Of a stretch of 64,000 bases of DNA, positions 27,560-40,853 are shown one piece after another. The stretch is from positions 56,420,001-56,484,000 of the forward strand of contig NC_083278.1 in the NCBI RefSeq assembly GCF_963506605.1, written 5' to 3'. The stretch's first letter is position 1; every line of letters starts with the position of its first letter. Source of the DNA: Zootoca vivipara (Eukaryota). A program made the translations under genes and the position numbers. The notes beneath the pieces were generated by a model. It worked only from the letters and a program-made list of their open reading frames with translations, did no database searches and was not told the DNA's origin.

Positions 27560-28010
27560 AGGAAATGATGGCAATAGTGGCATCCCGCGAGGCCTTGAGG
27601 CGGCAACGGAGATGGCGGGAATAGTAGTGGCAGCCTGCAATGCCTCGTGGCGACACAAGCAGTGGGGCTTGCGAGGCCTCGCCATGGTGGCAAGAAGTAG
27701 CGGCAGCCTGCAAGTCTTCCTGGCAGTAGTGGAAGGTGGTGGCAAAAGCTGTGGCAGCCTGCCTCAGTGAGGCCTTGCAGGCCACCACTGCTTCTGCCAC
27801 CATCTCCTGCTGCCACTGCAAGGCCTCACAGGCTGCCCTTGCTGCCACCACCATTTTGCCACAGCTGCAAGGCCTTGCAGGCTGCTTCTGCCACTGCCGC
27901 CCACTGCCATGGCGAGGCTTCGCAGGCTGCTGAATATTGTGCCACTGATGCCAGGCTGCCTGTCCTGCTGTTGTTGCTACTGCTGCTGCCACTGCCACTT
28001 AGGCCTGCTG
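27560..28010. repeat. Degenerate ~50-bp GC-rich minisatellite arranged as an inverted array
   Basis: Units gcagcctgcRaggcctYgc... on + left of ~27765, and reverse-complement units to the right. Confidence 0.7.
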
Positions 28011-29272
28011 GCAGTCTCATATTATTTGTATTCACTATGACTCATCACTGTACTTTGGATTGTCCTGAATACCACCATTTAGTAGTCAAGCCCCAAACCC
28101 AAAGTCCTGTTGGGATGCATTTTGGCTTGCCTGCTGCTGAAAGTGACCATGAGGTGGTTGATAACACCATCATTTATCAGTTCTAGACCCTTAAGTAGTA
28201 GCAGTTGCTAGAACATTGCCCTGCTTGCCTCTGCGTAGTTCCTTCCTTATTTCAGGTATCACGATATATTGATATATCATGATGTTTAACTGGTAATATA
28301 TCGTGATATTGAAAACAAGTTATTGCCCAGTTCTCTCTATGTGAGAGACAGAAAGTAAAATGGAAGCAAGACCATGAATTAAGAGTGGGAAATATTGCAG
28401 GAAAATACATTTTTAAAGTCTCAGTAGGAAGCATTTAAACTTGGGAAGAGAATGACATATTATGATAACCATTGCCTTCATTATACCATACATGAAAGTG
28501 CAAGGTGCATGCTGCCTGACTTTCTTTTAGGAACTGCTGGGGATTTCATTTCTTTTCACTCTGTCATGTTCAAACTGTGCAGAAGGTCCCTAAGTGGAGC
28601 ACATCTCTCTTTCTGGCAGAATGTTAACAATGGTAATATTATCTTTAAATGCTTAAGGCAGAATAGCTGCAGTTTTTATGAGGCAGGATACTAGGTAGTC
28701 TTGTTCTTACCTTTTCCAGAAGTTTCAACAAGTTTTTAAAAAATACTTTTTTAGAGCTCTGTTTTTAAGTTGCTTTTTTAATAGTGTTGTTTGGCTTGTC
28801 TATACTTTAGAGTTGTGTGCAGAGGTACCTGGGAATCCAGCATTTCAGCGCAGAAGCTTATAGCCTAAGGCTGGAGGCCCAAATGTTCTCCACTGAGTTA
28901 CTCAGGGAATCGAATGGAATGGGCAGTTCTAGACATGATCATCTTAGGTAAGTCTATGGGTAGCCAACACAATGCCGTCTGGAGGTGTTGAACTACAACT
29001 CCCATCATCCCTGGCTATTGGCCATGCTGTCTGGGGATGAGGGGAGGTGTTGTCTACATCATCTGATATGCACCATGCTGGCCAGCCCCAGAGAGTCATA
29101 GAATCAACCAAAGACAGGTGGTGACCTTGGACTTAAGCCTAACTTGGAGGTATTGTTTAACTGCTTGGGAACAGTGACCACAGTGCCACGAGATTTAATA
29201 GTAGGGATGTTGCGCAGAAAGTCCAATGTGGTCAAATGAACTTCCTTTCTTTCTTTTAAAAAAAGTCTAAAT

Positions 29273-29408
29273 CAGGCACCCCCAAACTTCAGCCCTCCAG
29301 ATGTTTTGGACTACAATTCCCACCATCCCTGACCACTGGTCCTGTTAGCTAGGGATCATGGGAGTTGTAGGCCAAAACATCTGGAGGGCCGCAGTTTGGG
29401 GATGCCTG
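29273..29408. mobile_element. 136-bp palindromic hAT MITE
   Basis: caggca.ccccaaact...agtttggggatgcctg. TSD gtctaaat. Confidence 0.92.
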
Positions 29409-29555
29409 GTCTAAATGATGAGAAGTGATATCGGTTAAAATACCTAGGCTTTTCAGGACAAGCTGAATATGCTCACTAGTTCCTTTGTAAAATAAAGGCA
29501 CACCTTTTAGAGGAGAGCAGACACCAACGAAACATTCCACCCATTTCATCTAGGG

Positions 29556-29691
29556 CAGGCCTCCCCAAACTTCGGCCCTCCAGATGTTTTGGACTACAAT
29601 TCCCATCTTCCCTGACCACTGGTCCTGTTAGCTAGGGATCATGGGAGTTGTAGGCCAAAACATCTGGAGGGCCGCAGTTTGGGGATGCCTG
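29556..29691. mobile_element. 136-bp palindromic hAT MITE
   Basis: Same family. TSD atctaggg / atccaggg. Confidence 0.92.
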
Positions 29692-30746
29692 ATCCAGGGC
29701 ATCTTTTCTGGCCAAGTTACAAGGTGATTGTCCTAGGAGCCCTGGTTGTCTACTCTTTAAGTTTTGTTAAAGTGATGGTTGTGTACAAGCTGAAGCTATA
29801 ATAATTAAGATTAATGTGCCCTCCATGTATAGATGTGGTGTGGGTGTGTATGGAATGTTCTGTGGGTACATGTATTGTAGGCTCTAAATCCATTTAGGTA
29901 AAGGTGATGCAGAGCATGTGACTATTGCTGTTTCTCAAATAGATTTCTCTCCTGGTCGCAGCCACTTATTTTGCCTTCCCTTTGGCGCTATGCTAAGTTA
30001 GTGAGAGCAAGTGCTGCTTGCACCTGTGTATGTGTACATCCATGTGCTCCCATATCTCATTCCAGTAAGAGTTCATGATCTATTCTTGCAATATAAAAGG
30101 TCAATATAGCAGAAGAAAAGGAAATGAATGTTTAAAAAAATAGCTTTTATTTAAGAATAAAACCATCTGAGCTTTCCCACCATACCATCTTGCAACAAAC
30201 AAACTGAGAGTTTTCACAGTGGAGGGAAGCAAGCAGCAGTAGAGCTTTGAAACACTTACACTGGACTTCCCATACCTGGTGCCCTCCAGATGTTCTGGAC
30301 TACAACTCCCATCAGCCCTTGCCAGCACCAGTCTGAGGTAGGCTGATCTAGTGTATGACAAAAGGATAACATGTCTGAGGCTTACTGTGTTGGAGACTTG
30401 TGGAATTGTCACAAGATAGGGTAATAATTCCTGGTGGAGATAACACTGAAAGAGAATTTGGCAAGCCCTTTGAGCCATGATTGCTAAGTGGAATCTCCAG
30501 CTTTAGCAGAAGCAACCATACTTCATGCTACCTGGGGCCTTTCATGAAGCATCACACTGGCTATTTTTGGAAACAGGATTTCAGAATGCAGGCCTGGGAG
30601 CTAAACGTGGCCTCCCAGTCTAACCTTCAGGAGTCTTCCCCAAGCTACAAGCCCTCTGACAGAAAAGTCCTCTTTCCATAGACCAAACTGCTCACTAGCC
30701 CTGCTTTGCAGCTTCCTTGGGTGTGTTTTGCCTGGATCAACTACAG

Positions 30747-30999
30747 CAGGGGTGGCCAACTCCCAAGAGACTGCGATCTACTCTGTGTTAAAAACTGGCA
30801 ATGATCTACCCCCTTTTGGGGGCTCCAGGTCAAAGTTGTTGAGCTTCTTTTAGGGAAGAGGAAGGCCCATTTTTTAGGGGTTCAGGTCTAAATTGTGTAG
30901 CTTTTTTTAGGGAGGAGAAAGCCAATGATCTTCCAGTGATCTACCACAGACGTCCAGTGATCTACCAGTAGATCACGATCTACCTGTTGGACGTGCCTG
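30747..30999. mobile_element. hAT MITE with gatctac subterminal repeats
   Basis: caggggtggccaac / gttggacgtgcctg. Perfect TSD aactacag. Confidence 0.85.
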
Positions 31000-31946
31000 A
31001 ACTACAGCATTGAATTCTGGTTATGCTTCATAATCCACATTTTCTCCTCTTACCACTTTTGCCTTTGGCCCCATCCACCACTGGTTTGTGATCCCTGGAA
31101 GGAAATGTGGCCCTCATGCTAAATGGTTTCCAGTCTGTTGAATTAAATTGATAATCCATCTGATTCAGTAGGATTTTTATTACCCTCTAAACACTGGACT
31201 TTGGAAGCGGAATGTAGCCTCTGAACTGGCCATTCATACACTAAACATCATGTGTAGTTCAGCCAGTTTTGTGGAGGGGAGGTGTGGTCACATGCATGTT
31301 GAATTAGGGAGAATTTTTGCATGTTACATCTTTGGCGTATGCAAGATTGCTACAGGCTGATTCTCTGTTCTTTGGAAGCACTTGCCCATTAAACCCAGGC
31401 TAGTTGTTTGTTCAGCTCTGGCAGAGGCTCTGGAAAAACACTGCAGTTAATTTTGGCTATTTTTCCAGGGTGACTAAAAGTTCTCTTTGTGTTTCTATTC
31501 AGTACAAACCAGAGTGTACCACAAGCAGAGAGCAGGTTCGTTTCTGAAGGTGTCTGCAAAGCATCGAAGCAGAGATGTCAATTTCCCAGGCTTGCTGCTG
31601 TGTTTTCTACTTTTGCAAAGAATAAATCCATTACATTGTAGCATTTTAACAAGCATGTTTGGGGTAAAAAAAAAAGAATTCCAGAATACTGTATATCAAA
31701 TACACACAGCCGAAGTAAAACAATGAGAAACACCCATAAGTAGAGAAATGGTTTGGAAGCGTATTTAAAAAACAATTCAAAACATTCTCAGTGGTGGCAC
31801 CCTGTCTGTTGAACTCTTCAAAGAGGACATATTTAAATGAAGGCTAAATACCTTGGGGGGGGGTTGGTTCTGCAGGTGTTAAACACTTCTCTTCTATTGC
31901 ATTTTTATTGCAACATTGTGTTTGTAATGTTGCTTTATTTGTTTGT

Positions 31947-32053
31947 ATGAGCTTGACCAAACTGCGGGAGGCAGTGGAAGACAGGAGTGCCTGGTGTGTT
32001 CTGGTCCATGGGGTCACGAACAGTCGGACACGACTAAACGACTACACAACAAC
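31947..32053 (+). mobile_element. Bov-B LINE 3' end fragment
   Basis: Near-identical to 12957-13060. Confidence 0.9.
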
Positions 32054-33765
32054 TAACATGGTGGTTTTAGAGTTTTATTACATTAAGCCAACCTTAAGGT
32101 TAATGAGAGAAAAGAGTTGTGGCATCTGGTGCCTCCTAAAAATGGAAGTAGTACAGTTCCCAGACACCTTGTCAAACCACTCCCATCTGGCCTCCCCTTG
32201 GCTCCACCAGGTAAGGGTGTTCCTAGTTGCTCCACCCCAACCCTACCTATGGAAGCTACACCTGTCTGTCATGACGACTCATTAGAAATAGAACTTTAGG
32301 TTGCATAGCAGATGCTGGGGAATCCTGGCCTGTGTTAGGCCATGTTTTCAACAGCATGCTGTTCTTCTCCCGATCCCTAACTAACTAGGGTTTTTGGTAT
32401 TATTTATTAAATTTTCATACGGCACTGCCCTTCATCTGAAGATCACAGGGCAATTTAATTAGTCATGATTGATATACCATGTAGATATACATGTATACCA
32501 TGTAGAACCATGTTTCAAATTGCTTCACAAAAGTATATAGCCTATAGATTTATTTAGTATGCTACCTTTGGTAGGAGGTGGATGTTTAATCTTTTGGACT
32601 GTCAAGGGTGCTTCCCAGCCTAAGCAGCTATTCCCAGGTCTGTGCTCTATGGAGCAGTTGCAGCAAATGGGGACCACGCCCTCCTCCACCAGTTTATGTA
32701 CCTTCCCTCCCCTGATGGGCTGCACACATATAGCCAGAGACTGCACCTGCATGGAAGCTGCCCCTGCTCTTCCCACTTCAGTTCTCTCCTCTCTGGGAGA
32801 CAGTGGTGCAGGAGAGGGTGGGGAAGCATCTTGCCCTTCACTTGCCTAACCTGCCTCCAGCTCTGAGGCTTCCCCGCCTCTGATTCTTGCCTCCTGTCTG
32901 GTACAGGTCCCCACCAACCACTGCCCCCCCCTTACAAGTCAGGTTCCAGCCACCCTTTCCCCTGGTGCTGGAAACACGTTAAGAACTCCAGCTGTTTTTG
33001 TGTTACAGAATTTATGGCAGAAAAGCAGAATGAAACACATTCAGAATAATAAAATACTTTGATGGAGTTTAAAGGGAGCACAAAAAAGCATACAGTATAG
33101 GAAAGGAAAATATGGCCACAGTTCCATAAAAGCCTTTAATTGCTGGTTCAGTTTCACAGACTCAGCTGACTAATGACACAACAAAAAATCTGGTTGCCGA
33201 AACTAGCCCGTTATTTATAACAAAACTACTGGGCTTCAACAGCTGTGTCTCCTTTATCATCCCCTCCCCCTTTAATTTGACCCAGAGTTTGTTAGAATCA
33301 TAGAGTCTGTTGAGTCATAATGGTCTGTGAGTATTAGTTAAGTGCCTTTTTATTCAAGAAATAACCACATGTTGCCTTTCATAGCCCTCAGTTAAACTCA
33401 ATACACAAGCAGTTTCCAGGCTATTTCTCTTAAGGCAGGTGCAGTAAAGCAAACAGCTAATTAGTGTTCACTTCACTCTAATTACTTTCTCCAGATAGCC
33501 TCAAGGCAAGGGTAAGGTAACCTGAAAGATATAGTCAGCCCTCCCAAATAAATCCCAACATAAAACTCACATACAAACCGCTTACTTTAGCCATTATCTT
33601 AATTTCCTGGGTCTTGATCCACAAAGAAGAAGAAAATGACAACTAGCAGAGCTCTTTGCAGAACAGACCATTGACAAGAGTTCAAAAGGCACTGAACTTA
33701 ATCATTATCATCATGTTTTAAAAGGATGGAGAACCTGGTAGCTTGAGGGCAAGTTCTACTCACCA

Positions 33766-33914
33766 GTGGTAGTCAGTTGGTTAGAGTATGATGCTGATAA
33801 TGTCAAGGTTGCACGTTCAATCCCCATATGGGACAGCTACATATTCCTGTACTGCAGAGGGTTAGACTAGATGATCCTCAGGGCCACTTCCAACTTTGCA
33901 ATTCTATGATTCTA
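33766..33914 (+). mobile_element. tRNA-Ile-derived SINE with the same CR1-type tail
   Basis: tcagttggttagagtatgatgctgataatgtcaaggttgcacgttcaatcccc head, then attcctg.actgcagagggttagactagatgatc...ttccaact...attctatgattcta. Confidence 0.75.
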
Positions 33915-35139
33915 AAAATAACTCTGAGCAAAGGACAAACAAGAACACACCTTCAAGCCCTACCTATGGCATTCCAAAAGCACCTGCCTGTTAAGATGCC
34001 AAATGCTGGACTGACCAAACGAACTTTTGGTTTGAGCCAGCCCAGAAGGAATCTTCTTATGTTGCAGGAACACAAGACAGCCATCTTTTGGGATGTCATA
34101 GCTCTGGATTTCCTGTTACCATGCAGGAATTGGACTAAATAAAATTACAGTGTGCAGGCTGGTGTTGTACGTTTCACAGCAGAAGATACAAGTAGTTACA
34201 TATTTTAAAAATGGGTGTCTATTGTCCAGTCAGCAGCTATCCATCAATATGAGCTAGCCTACCTCCATTAATCCATTCCCCTCTCTACAATCTATGCCAC
34301 ACTGTTGGTGCTGAGGCATCACAGGCAGATGCAGGCAGAGAGTGAACTTGTTACTGTACCCCAGTAACCTCAAATACCCTTTGATGCTAGGCACCTAAAA
34401 ATTCAAATGTGCTCTGTGCACGTGCAGTTTGAATCTGATTTAATTCAATGTCGATTTTTAAAATTTGTATTTGTTGCTGTTCAACAAACTGCAGTCTGGA
34501 AGAAGGTGCCAGTGTCCGTCAGGAAGAAAGTCTGGTTTGCTGCATTCTAAAAGACCAGTGTTAGTGGTTGTTCACTAGCTTATTTACGAGGAAGCAATTA
34601 ATAGGCATGGACAACAGCAGTGCTCTGATGGACAGAATATGTTCTGGGTGGGATGGAAAGCCCACTGAACACATTAATGACTAGATTTGGTAGCTTGTTG
34701 TTCTGCACATCTTCCCAAGCAAAAGTTGCCTGTCCATGTCCATAAGACTGCCTACAGCAAAATAGATGCTGTCCGATTTAATAAAGGGTTGTGCAAGACT
34801 GACATTTCAGAGAAGCAAAAGACAGAGGTCCTGATCCCGAAAAACAGTGGGTGTCAGAGAAAGTATATTTTCTTTTCCTGTTTGCTTTCTCATGAATGTA
34901 AAACACACCATTTCCTTAAAAGGTTAAGGAGCTGATTTGATGTTTCTTGCTCATTCCTGATATTTCTATAGGGCACTGGAGTTAATGGAATTATTCACAT
35001 TCAAAAGAGCTTTTGAAATGCCAAAATATATTTGGAGGGAGGGGCTGTCATGTGCCATAGTATTTGTTTTACGGAGTATAGCATGCAGGGCAGGGCAATA
35101 GTAACGGAACTTTAATCACTGCATAACTATGATGCCCTT

Positions 35140-35215
35140 TAAACACTTCTGGGTCCGCGGAGTACTTAAACCGAAAGTACTCAAACCGCAGCGGACTTAA
35201 ACCGAGGCATGACTG
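35140..35215. mobile_element. Right-end fragment of the same Tigger-like MITE
   Basis: Matches 25499-25574. Confidence 0.8.
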
Positions 35216-35426
35216 TACCTATGAAAATCCATTGCGTTGCATCTTCCAGAAGTGGTTTAATATGACGCCTTTACTCAAACCAGTCTCAGTGGGCAGGGAT
35301 AGGGAATAATAGAATGAACTTAGCATATTTTGCTCACCCTTTGGATGGCAGGAGGTCACAGCCCCAACTACATGAAATAATGAACAAGAATAGTTTTGGG
35401 CTGATCACTGCTTTGAGGAGCTAGGC

Positions 35427-35562
35427 CAGGCATCCCCAAACTGTGGCCCTCCAGATGTTTTGGCCTACAACTCCCATGATCCCTAGCTAACAGGACCAGT
35501 GGTCAGGGATGATGGGAATTGTAGTTCAAAACATCTGGAGGGCCGAAGTTTGGGGATGCCTG
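35427..35562. mobile_element. 136-bp palindromic hAT MITE (opposite orientation)
   Basis: Same family. TSD imperfect. Confidence 0.9.
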
Positions 35563-36750
35563 GCTTAGGGCCTCTGATTCTAAACAGCTATTAAATGTGT
35601 CTCCCCTGCCTTCATGAAGGGAAAGAGCAGACTTAATTCTTGGTGCAAGCGGATGTTAAAACATTTCCTGCAAGCACAATGGCAATTGTTCTTTTACAAT
35701 CGTTGCAAAACACACACAAAAAAACCCTTTGCAGCTGCACATATTAATGTCTTATATCTTATTAAAAATCTTGATTATGCCAAATGCTTTACAAGAGAGC
35801 GTTTGGTTCCTTATTAGGTTTCTGCTCTTTCCTCCATTAGAACAGATGTTCAAACAGAATGGTTATGGCCTGTAACGAAGCAGCATATATCTTGTCAAAT
35901 GGTTTGCAGATGTATTCATTCTGAATTCATTCTTGAATGCTACCACTTTGATGATGATAAATAACATTCAGAGGTTTGGGGAGTGAGGTTAAGCTTCTAT
36001 GCTAACGCTGTTACTCCCTCCCCCCAGCAGTCAATGTTTTGCTGAAAACCTGCCTTGACCATTTAGAACTTATTGAAACTAATAAATGAGTTATGATGTC
36101 GTAATCACCAACACAAATAGAGCTGATTTATACATGGCAAGCATTAACCTTTGCCCAATGGAAAAATTGTATCAATCAGTTGACAGTTCGAAAGCATAAA
36201 ATGTTCCATAACGGCTGAATAAGGGCCTGTAATTGCAATGACTATTAAAAGATTTATGTCATGTTAGTCTAGTTGTTTATCTGTTAGGAGTGTAGGACAA
36301 AGCTAGACTCCGTCTTGCTAATACATACCAGTATAATTTGAGCTTTTAAGGAGTCGCTTTAAAGTTTTTCCTTGCACAGTAGGTCTGTTCACTTCAGAGT
36401 TTTGTGCTGCTCTGCTGTTGAAATGGATGTTTACATGTACAGTCCCTGTGCCATATTAACTTCACTATGGACCACAGACACAATATGCCATTAGTAGAAA
36501 GCAATGCACTGCGGCAGGTGCCTAAGGAAGCATTAGGGCTGGGTGAACCAAGCAAAGAAAAAAGCCAACCCCAAAGGCTTCAGAGAAAGCTTAAACACGA
36601 TCACCAGCTAAAATTGGCCAGAGTCAGTGATCATGTACAACACCACTGGGTGCTTCAAGATTCATTAACAATACTCTTAAAACATTTTCAAGAATAACCA
36701 TCAAAGTGCAAAACACAGAACATGTCCTGATATGCTTTGTTTTCATCCAG

Positions 36751-36835
36751 ACTGCCTTGCATTGACTAAGTGTGTTTTAGGCAAGACTTTCAGATCTAAA
36801 TCACTGGCTTCTGGAATTCATGAATTTAACTGTAG
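36751..36835 (+). other. Candidate internal 5'UTR exon
   Basis: tgctttgttttcatccAG| acceptor and tAG|GTGAGT donor 85 nt apart in TE-poor DNA. Motif evidence only. Confidence 0.3.
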
Positions 36836-37590
36836 GTGAGTTTCATGGTGCCCGTTTCAGACATTACTACAGAAACAGAGAAAGAAGATGCACAAGTTGT
36901 TCATGCTACTACTTTTCCGGCTTTTGAATTTTGAACTGGCTTGACTCAGATCAGTCCAATGACTTTAAGAGTAGAGAAGTAACACAGAGATCGGTGCTGT
37001 ATCTTTAAATTATTTGATGCCAGTACAAGACAAAAAAGCCACAGCTGCTGATTCTCCTCAGGTCCCGTCCCCCGTCCCCTCAGTCCTTCCATCTACCTGC
37101 CATCATCCCACCTGCCATAATGGACGGGTGGCAGAGAAATGATGCAGAAGAGAGAAATCACCTCTAGCGACTGCAGCTGATCTTATTCTTAACAATGACC
37201 ACTTACCTCTCTTCCGCCCTGCCCCACATTTCCCAGTGTGGTGGTTGGCATGTTTATGCTGAAGCTGCGAGGACAGTAAAATACCAAAGACCACTGGGAG
37301 AAAAATAATGAATGAGTGCAGGCTCTGCATACATCCAAGCCCTCACAGTATCGCTCCCAATGTGCCTACATTTGGGTTTGGGGAATCACAAGAGAAGTGT
37401 TTGGGTTGGTTCAGACATAAGCTGACTCTTCCCAAATTTTGATGAAGTTTATTTCTGAGTCACCTTTACATGAGAGCGGAGATTGCCTGCTGCTAAAGGT
37501 ATAGCGGGTATAGGCATGTGTAACAGCCTGACAGCCCTATTTAAATAGAAAAGCTACATCTGGGCAGCAGGGGCACTAGGGGTCAAAAAG

Positions 37591-37594
<4 letters not shown>

Positions 37595-37640
<46 letters not shown>

Positions 37641-37665
37641 GTGCACGTGTGTGCACGCATGTGTG
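37595..37665. repeat. (TG)n microsatellite
   Basis: Direct reading. Confidence 0.98.
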
Positions 37666-38474
37666 CTTAACTCTTTCCCCACTTTCCATTTCCAAACATA
37701 GCATTTCAAACAGAAGATTCTTTGGGAAAGGCACAATTTGGAAAAGGAAGACAGCAGCAGGGAAAGGGTTAAGCAAAGCACCCCATGCTGCTACTTATCC
37801 AGTCTCCAATCCTCCCTCCAGAAGCAGACATTAATGTTTAAAAAGGGCCATCAGAGTACTACCAGCATGCATCTGCTGTACATAATGCCTAATTTGGCCC
37901 ATAGCATTTATTCTGAGCAGATCTTGGCAATATCTCTTCACAACTGTGAAATCAGACAGACTAACAATTGTAAACATGACATTTATGTTAATGAAAATAT
38001 TGCCTCGGAAAAGTGCCTTGAAAAGGGGGAAGTAACAGATTTGTGTTTTATAGTGTCTACTCGGAATTAAGCCCTGCTGAGTTCAGTGGGGCTTACTCCC
38101 AAGTAAGGAAGCCTAGGGCTGTATGCTTAGCCAGACACAAGACTCCTCTGGGCAGAAATCCTCTTTCTGTTGCATCTTTTACTTTTTGATGTTTTAAGCT
38201 TAACCTCTGATCTGATGGTTTGCAGGGCAAGAGAAGTTTACTGTTAAAAATGTTGTCTTAATCTCCCTTCCCAGAACAGGAACAAATTTAACTTGATTCA
38301 TTATCTGTTCTATGACAGGATGCTACAGCCAGCGGAAACTGTTACATGATGTGCGCAACTTAAAACAAATCGAGTTTTTCAGCCCTGCACTCTGTGCTTT
38401 CTCTCACTGAGCTGAATGGGCTTTACTCCCAAGTCAGTGTGCAGAGCACTGCATCCCTAGTCCTTAATACAGTA

Positions 38475-38714
38475 CAGTCGTACCTCGGAAGTCTAACATA
38501 ATCTGTTCCAGAAGTCCATTCGACTTCCGAAACGTTCGACTTCCAAAGTGTGGCTTCTGATTGACTGTAGGAAGCTCCTGCAGCCAATCAGAAGCAGCGG
38601 AAGCCCCGTTGGATGTTCAGCTTCCAAAAGAACGTTCGAAAACCGGAACACTCACTTCCAGTTTTTGATCGTTCGGGAGCCAGACTCCCAAGTACGGGAG
38701 CCAAGCTATGACTG
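38475..38714. mobile_element. Tc1/mariner (Tigger-like) MITE
   Basis: TA|cagtcgtacctc...aagctatgactg. Confidence 0.75.
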
Positions 38715-39469
38715 CACTGTGTGTCTCCATTTTCAAGGCTCATCTACAAGTCAGGGTTCCAACTCTGGCTGCCTGTGCTGAAGTGTAGCAAAAAGAGAAA
38801 CTGCAGGCCAATGGTGGAAGAAGGAGCAGGAAGCAAAGGGGAAAGGGAGAAAAGTCCAAGTCATCAGGGAATTTGAAATACAGAAGTTCTGTCTTTTGCT
38901 AGACCATCTCTTTCTTTCCTTCTACAGCAGAGGAAAGAGGCGATAGTATGACAAAAGACTGAACTTCTCTATTTCAAACTCCCTGATGAAGGGTATTAGA
39001 GGTCTGCAACATATTGAATATCACCCCCCCTCCTTTTGCTTCCTATTCTCCCCCCTGCTTGTGTTGAGAAGCCATTGGCTAAATCCCATTTTAGTCATGG
39101 CCTTGCTGAGTGCCCTTGAGTAGGTTGCGATCTGTCAGCCTTGGGCCTCCAGCTGCAAAATATGAATAACGGAGACCTTTCTCAAAAGGATTCTTCAAGG
39201 GAACATTCAGACTATATGAAGTGAAGAAATATAACTCACCTTGAACCCTGGGAAGAAGCAGGTCTATATAGCTTTTTAAAATGAATGATTTGCAGTAATA
39301 TTAGATAGGATCGTATCACCAAACATAATATAAAATATTTAATCATTTTATTTATGGTAGAATCCTGTCCTTGGGTTACCGTGGCCAGGCAGCATGTTCT
39401 CCCAACCTTCATGGCCATTGACCATGTTAGATGAGGTTGGTGGCAGCTGGAACCCAACAGCTTAATGTA

Positions 39470-40310
39470 ACTTGTGGATCTGTGGAACCACTGATAAAGT
39501 TATGGGAACTGGATATTGGTGCACAGATTCTTCCCAAGGACTGGAATATAATTTGGGAATCACGACCCTTAAAATCTGTTTCCAGTTTTCTTAGAGAAAA
39601 CTGCTTAACATTATTACACAGATGGTCTTGCACTCCTTTGCAAAGGTAAAAAATGTTTTTTTTCTCCATCAGCTAATTGTTAAAGGGGTTGCAATAAAGT
39701 CGGTACATATTATCATTTATGGTGGGAATGTCAGTTTGTACAAGATTTTTGTAATTTAATTTTGACATAAATGATAAATATTACTGAATAAATATAGTTT
39801 GTTGTCATAAATTAATCTTACTGAATATTTTTAGTGATATCCATGTAAATACATTGCCAAAAGAATTGGTCTTATATATGATCTTGGCAGCACAAATAGT
39901 AATTGCAACTCAATGGAAAACAGCCCCAAATCTTGCATTGCACACTTGGTACCGCTCATTCTAGAATATAGCTATAATGGAGAAAATAATGCGTAATTTG
40001 AGATTTCGACAAGGACTGGAATCTCCAGACACCTTTTATATGATTTGGCATTCCTTTGTGGCATTTACATCTGAACCGTCATTTTCAAGACAAGCCTATC
40101 AAATCTGGAACTATTCTTGATGATCTGATAAAGTTGATAGCCTTTACTTGGACTTTGTTATTTTAACTCAGGTGCACCTACTCATTCCGCATGCCTTTTT
40201 ATAGTTTGTGTTTTTCACCTTTTAATTTTTTTGTCTGTTATAATTGTTCTCTTTGTTTTATATACATTATAAAATGAAATAACAAAATGGACTTTACAAA
40301 AATAAAAGAA
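39470..40310 (+). mobile_element. Degenerate L1-clade LINE 3' end
   Basis: LIKLWELDIG...WNIIW...LLHRW, then decayed C-x-x-x-C...H...C knuckle (NC*RGCNKVGTYYHLWWEC), T-rich 3'UTR and A-rich tail. Confidence 0.75.
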
Positions 40311-40373
40311 CTAGAGGGCATCATGTGGGGTATACTCTTGGCCTCCATGGTGCACTTATAGGTTTTGTAAGTA

Positions 40374-40853
40374 CAGTGGTACCTCTACTTACGAATAACT
40401 CTACTTACAAATGTTTCTACTTATGAACAGAGCTCCGTCCGCGATCTTGGATGCGGTTTAGATAGGATTTTTTCTACTTACCGTGTTTCTCATATTATAA
40501 GACATGTCTTATATTTATTTTTTCCTCAAAAAAACACACTATGGCTTATTTTCAAGGGATGTCTTATTTTTTTCCTCCTCCTCCTGCCACGGCCGGCATT
40601 GCTGCTGCACCTATCACTATGTCTTATTTTCGGGGTATGTCTTATATTCCTCGAATGCTTAGAAATCCTGCTATGGCTTATTTTATGGGTATGTCTTAAA
40701 ATATGAGAAACAGGGTACGAATTTTTAGATAGGGTTGCTTCAACTTACTAATTTTTTCTCCCAATGCATTCCTATGGGATTTGACTTACAATTTTTTCCG
40801 ACTTACAAATGTGCGTTCAGAACGCATTAAATTCGTAAGTAGAGGTACCACTG
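40374..40853. mobile_element. Tigger-like MITE containing a nested element
   Basis: Long TIR cagtggtacctctacttacgaat / attcgtaagtagaggtaccactg. TA TSD. Confidence 0.9.
40481..40715. mobile_element. Tc2/pogo-like MITE nested in the Tigger-like MITE
   Basis: TA|ccgtgtttctcatatt...aatatgagaaacaggg|TA. Confidence 0.85.

Noticed and set aside
33766-33840. tRNA gene calls (also 42120-42174)
   Set aside because: Stems are mutated and the sequences run into CR1-type tails. They are SINE heads, not tRNA genes.
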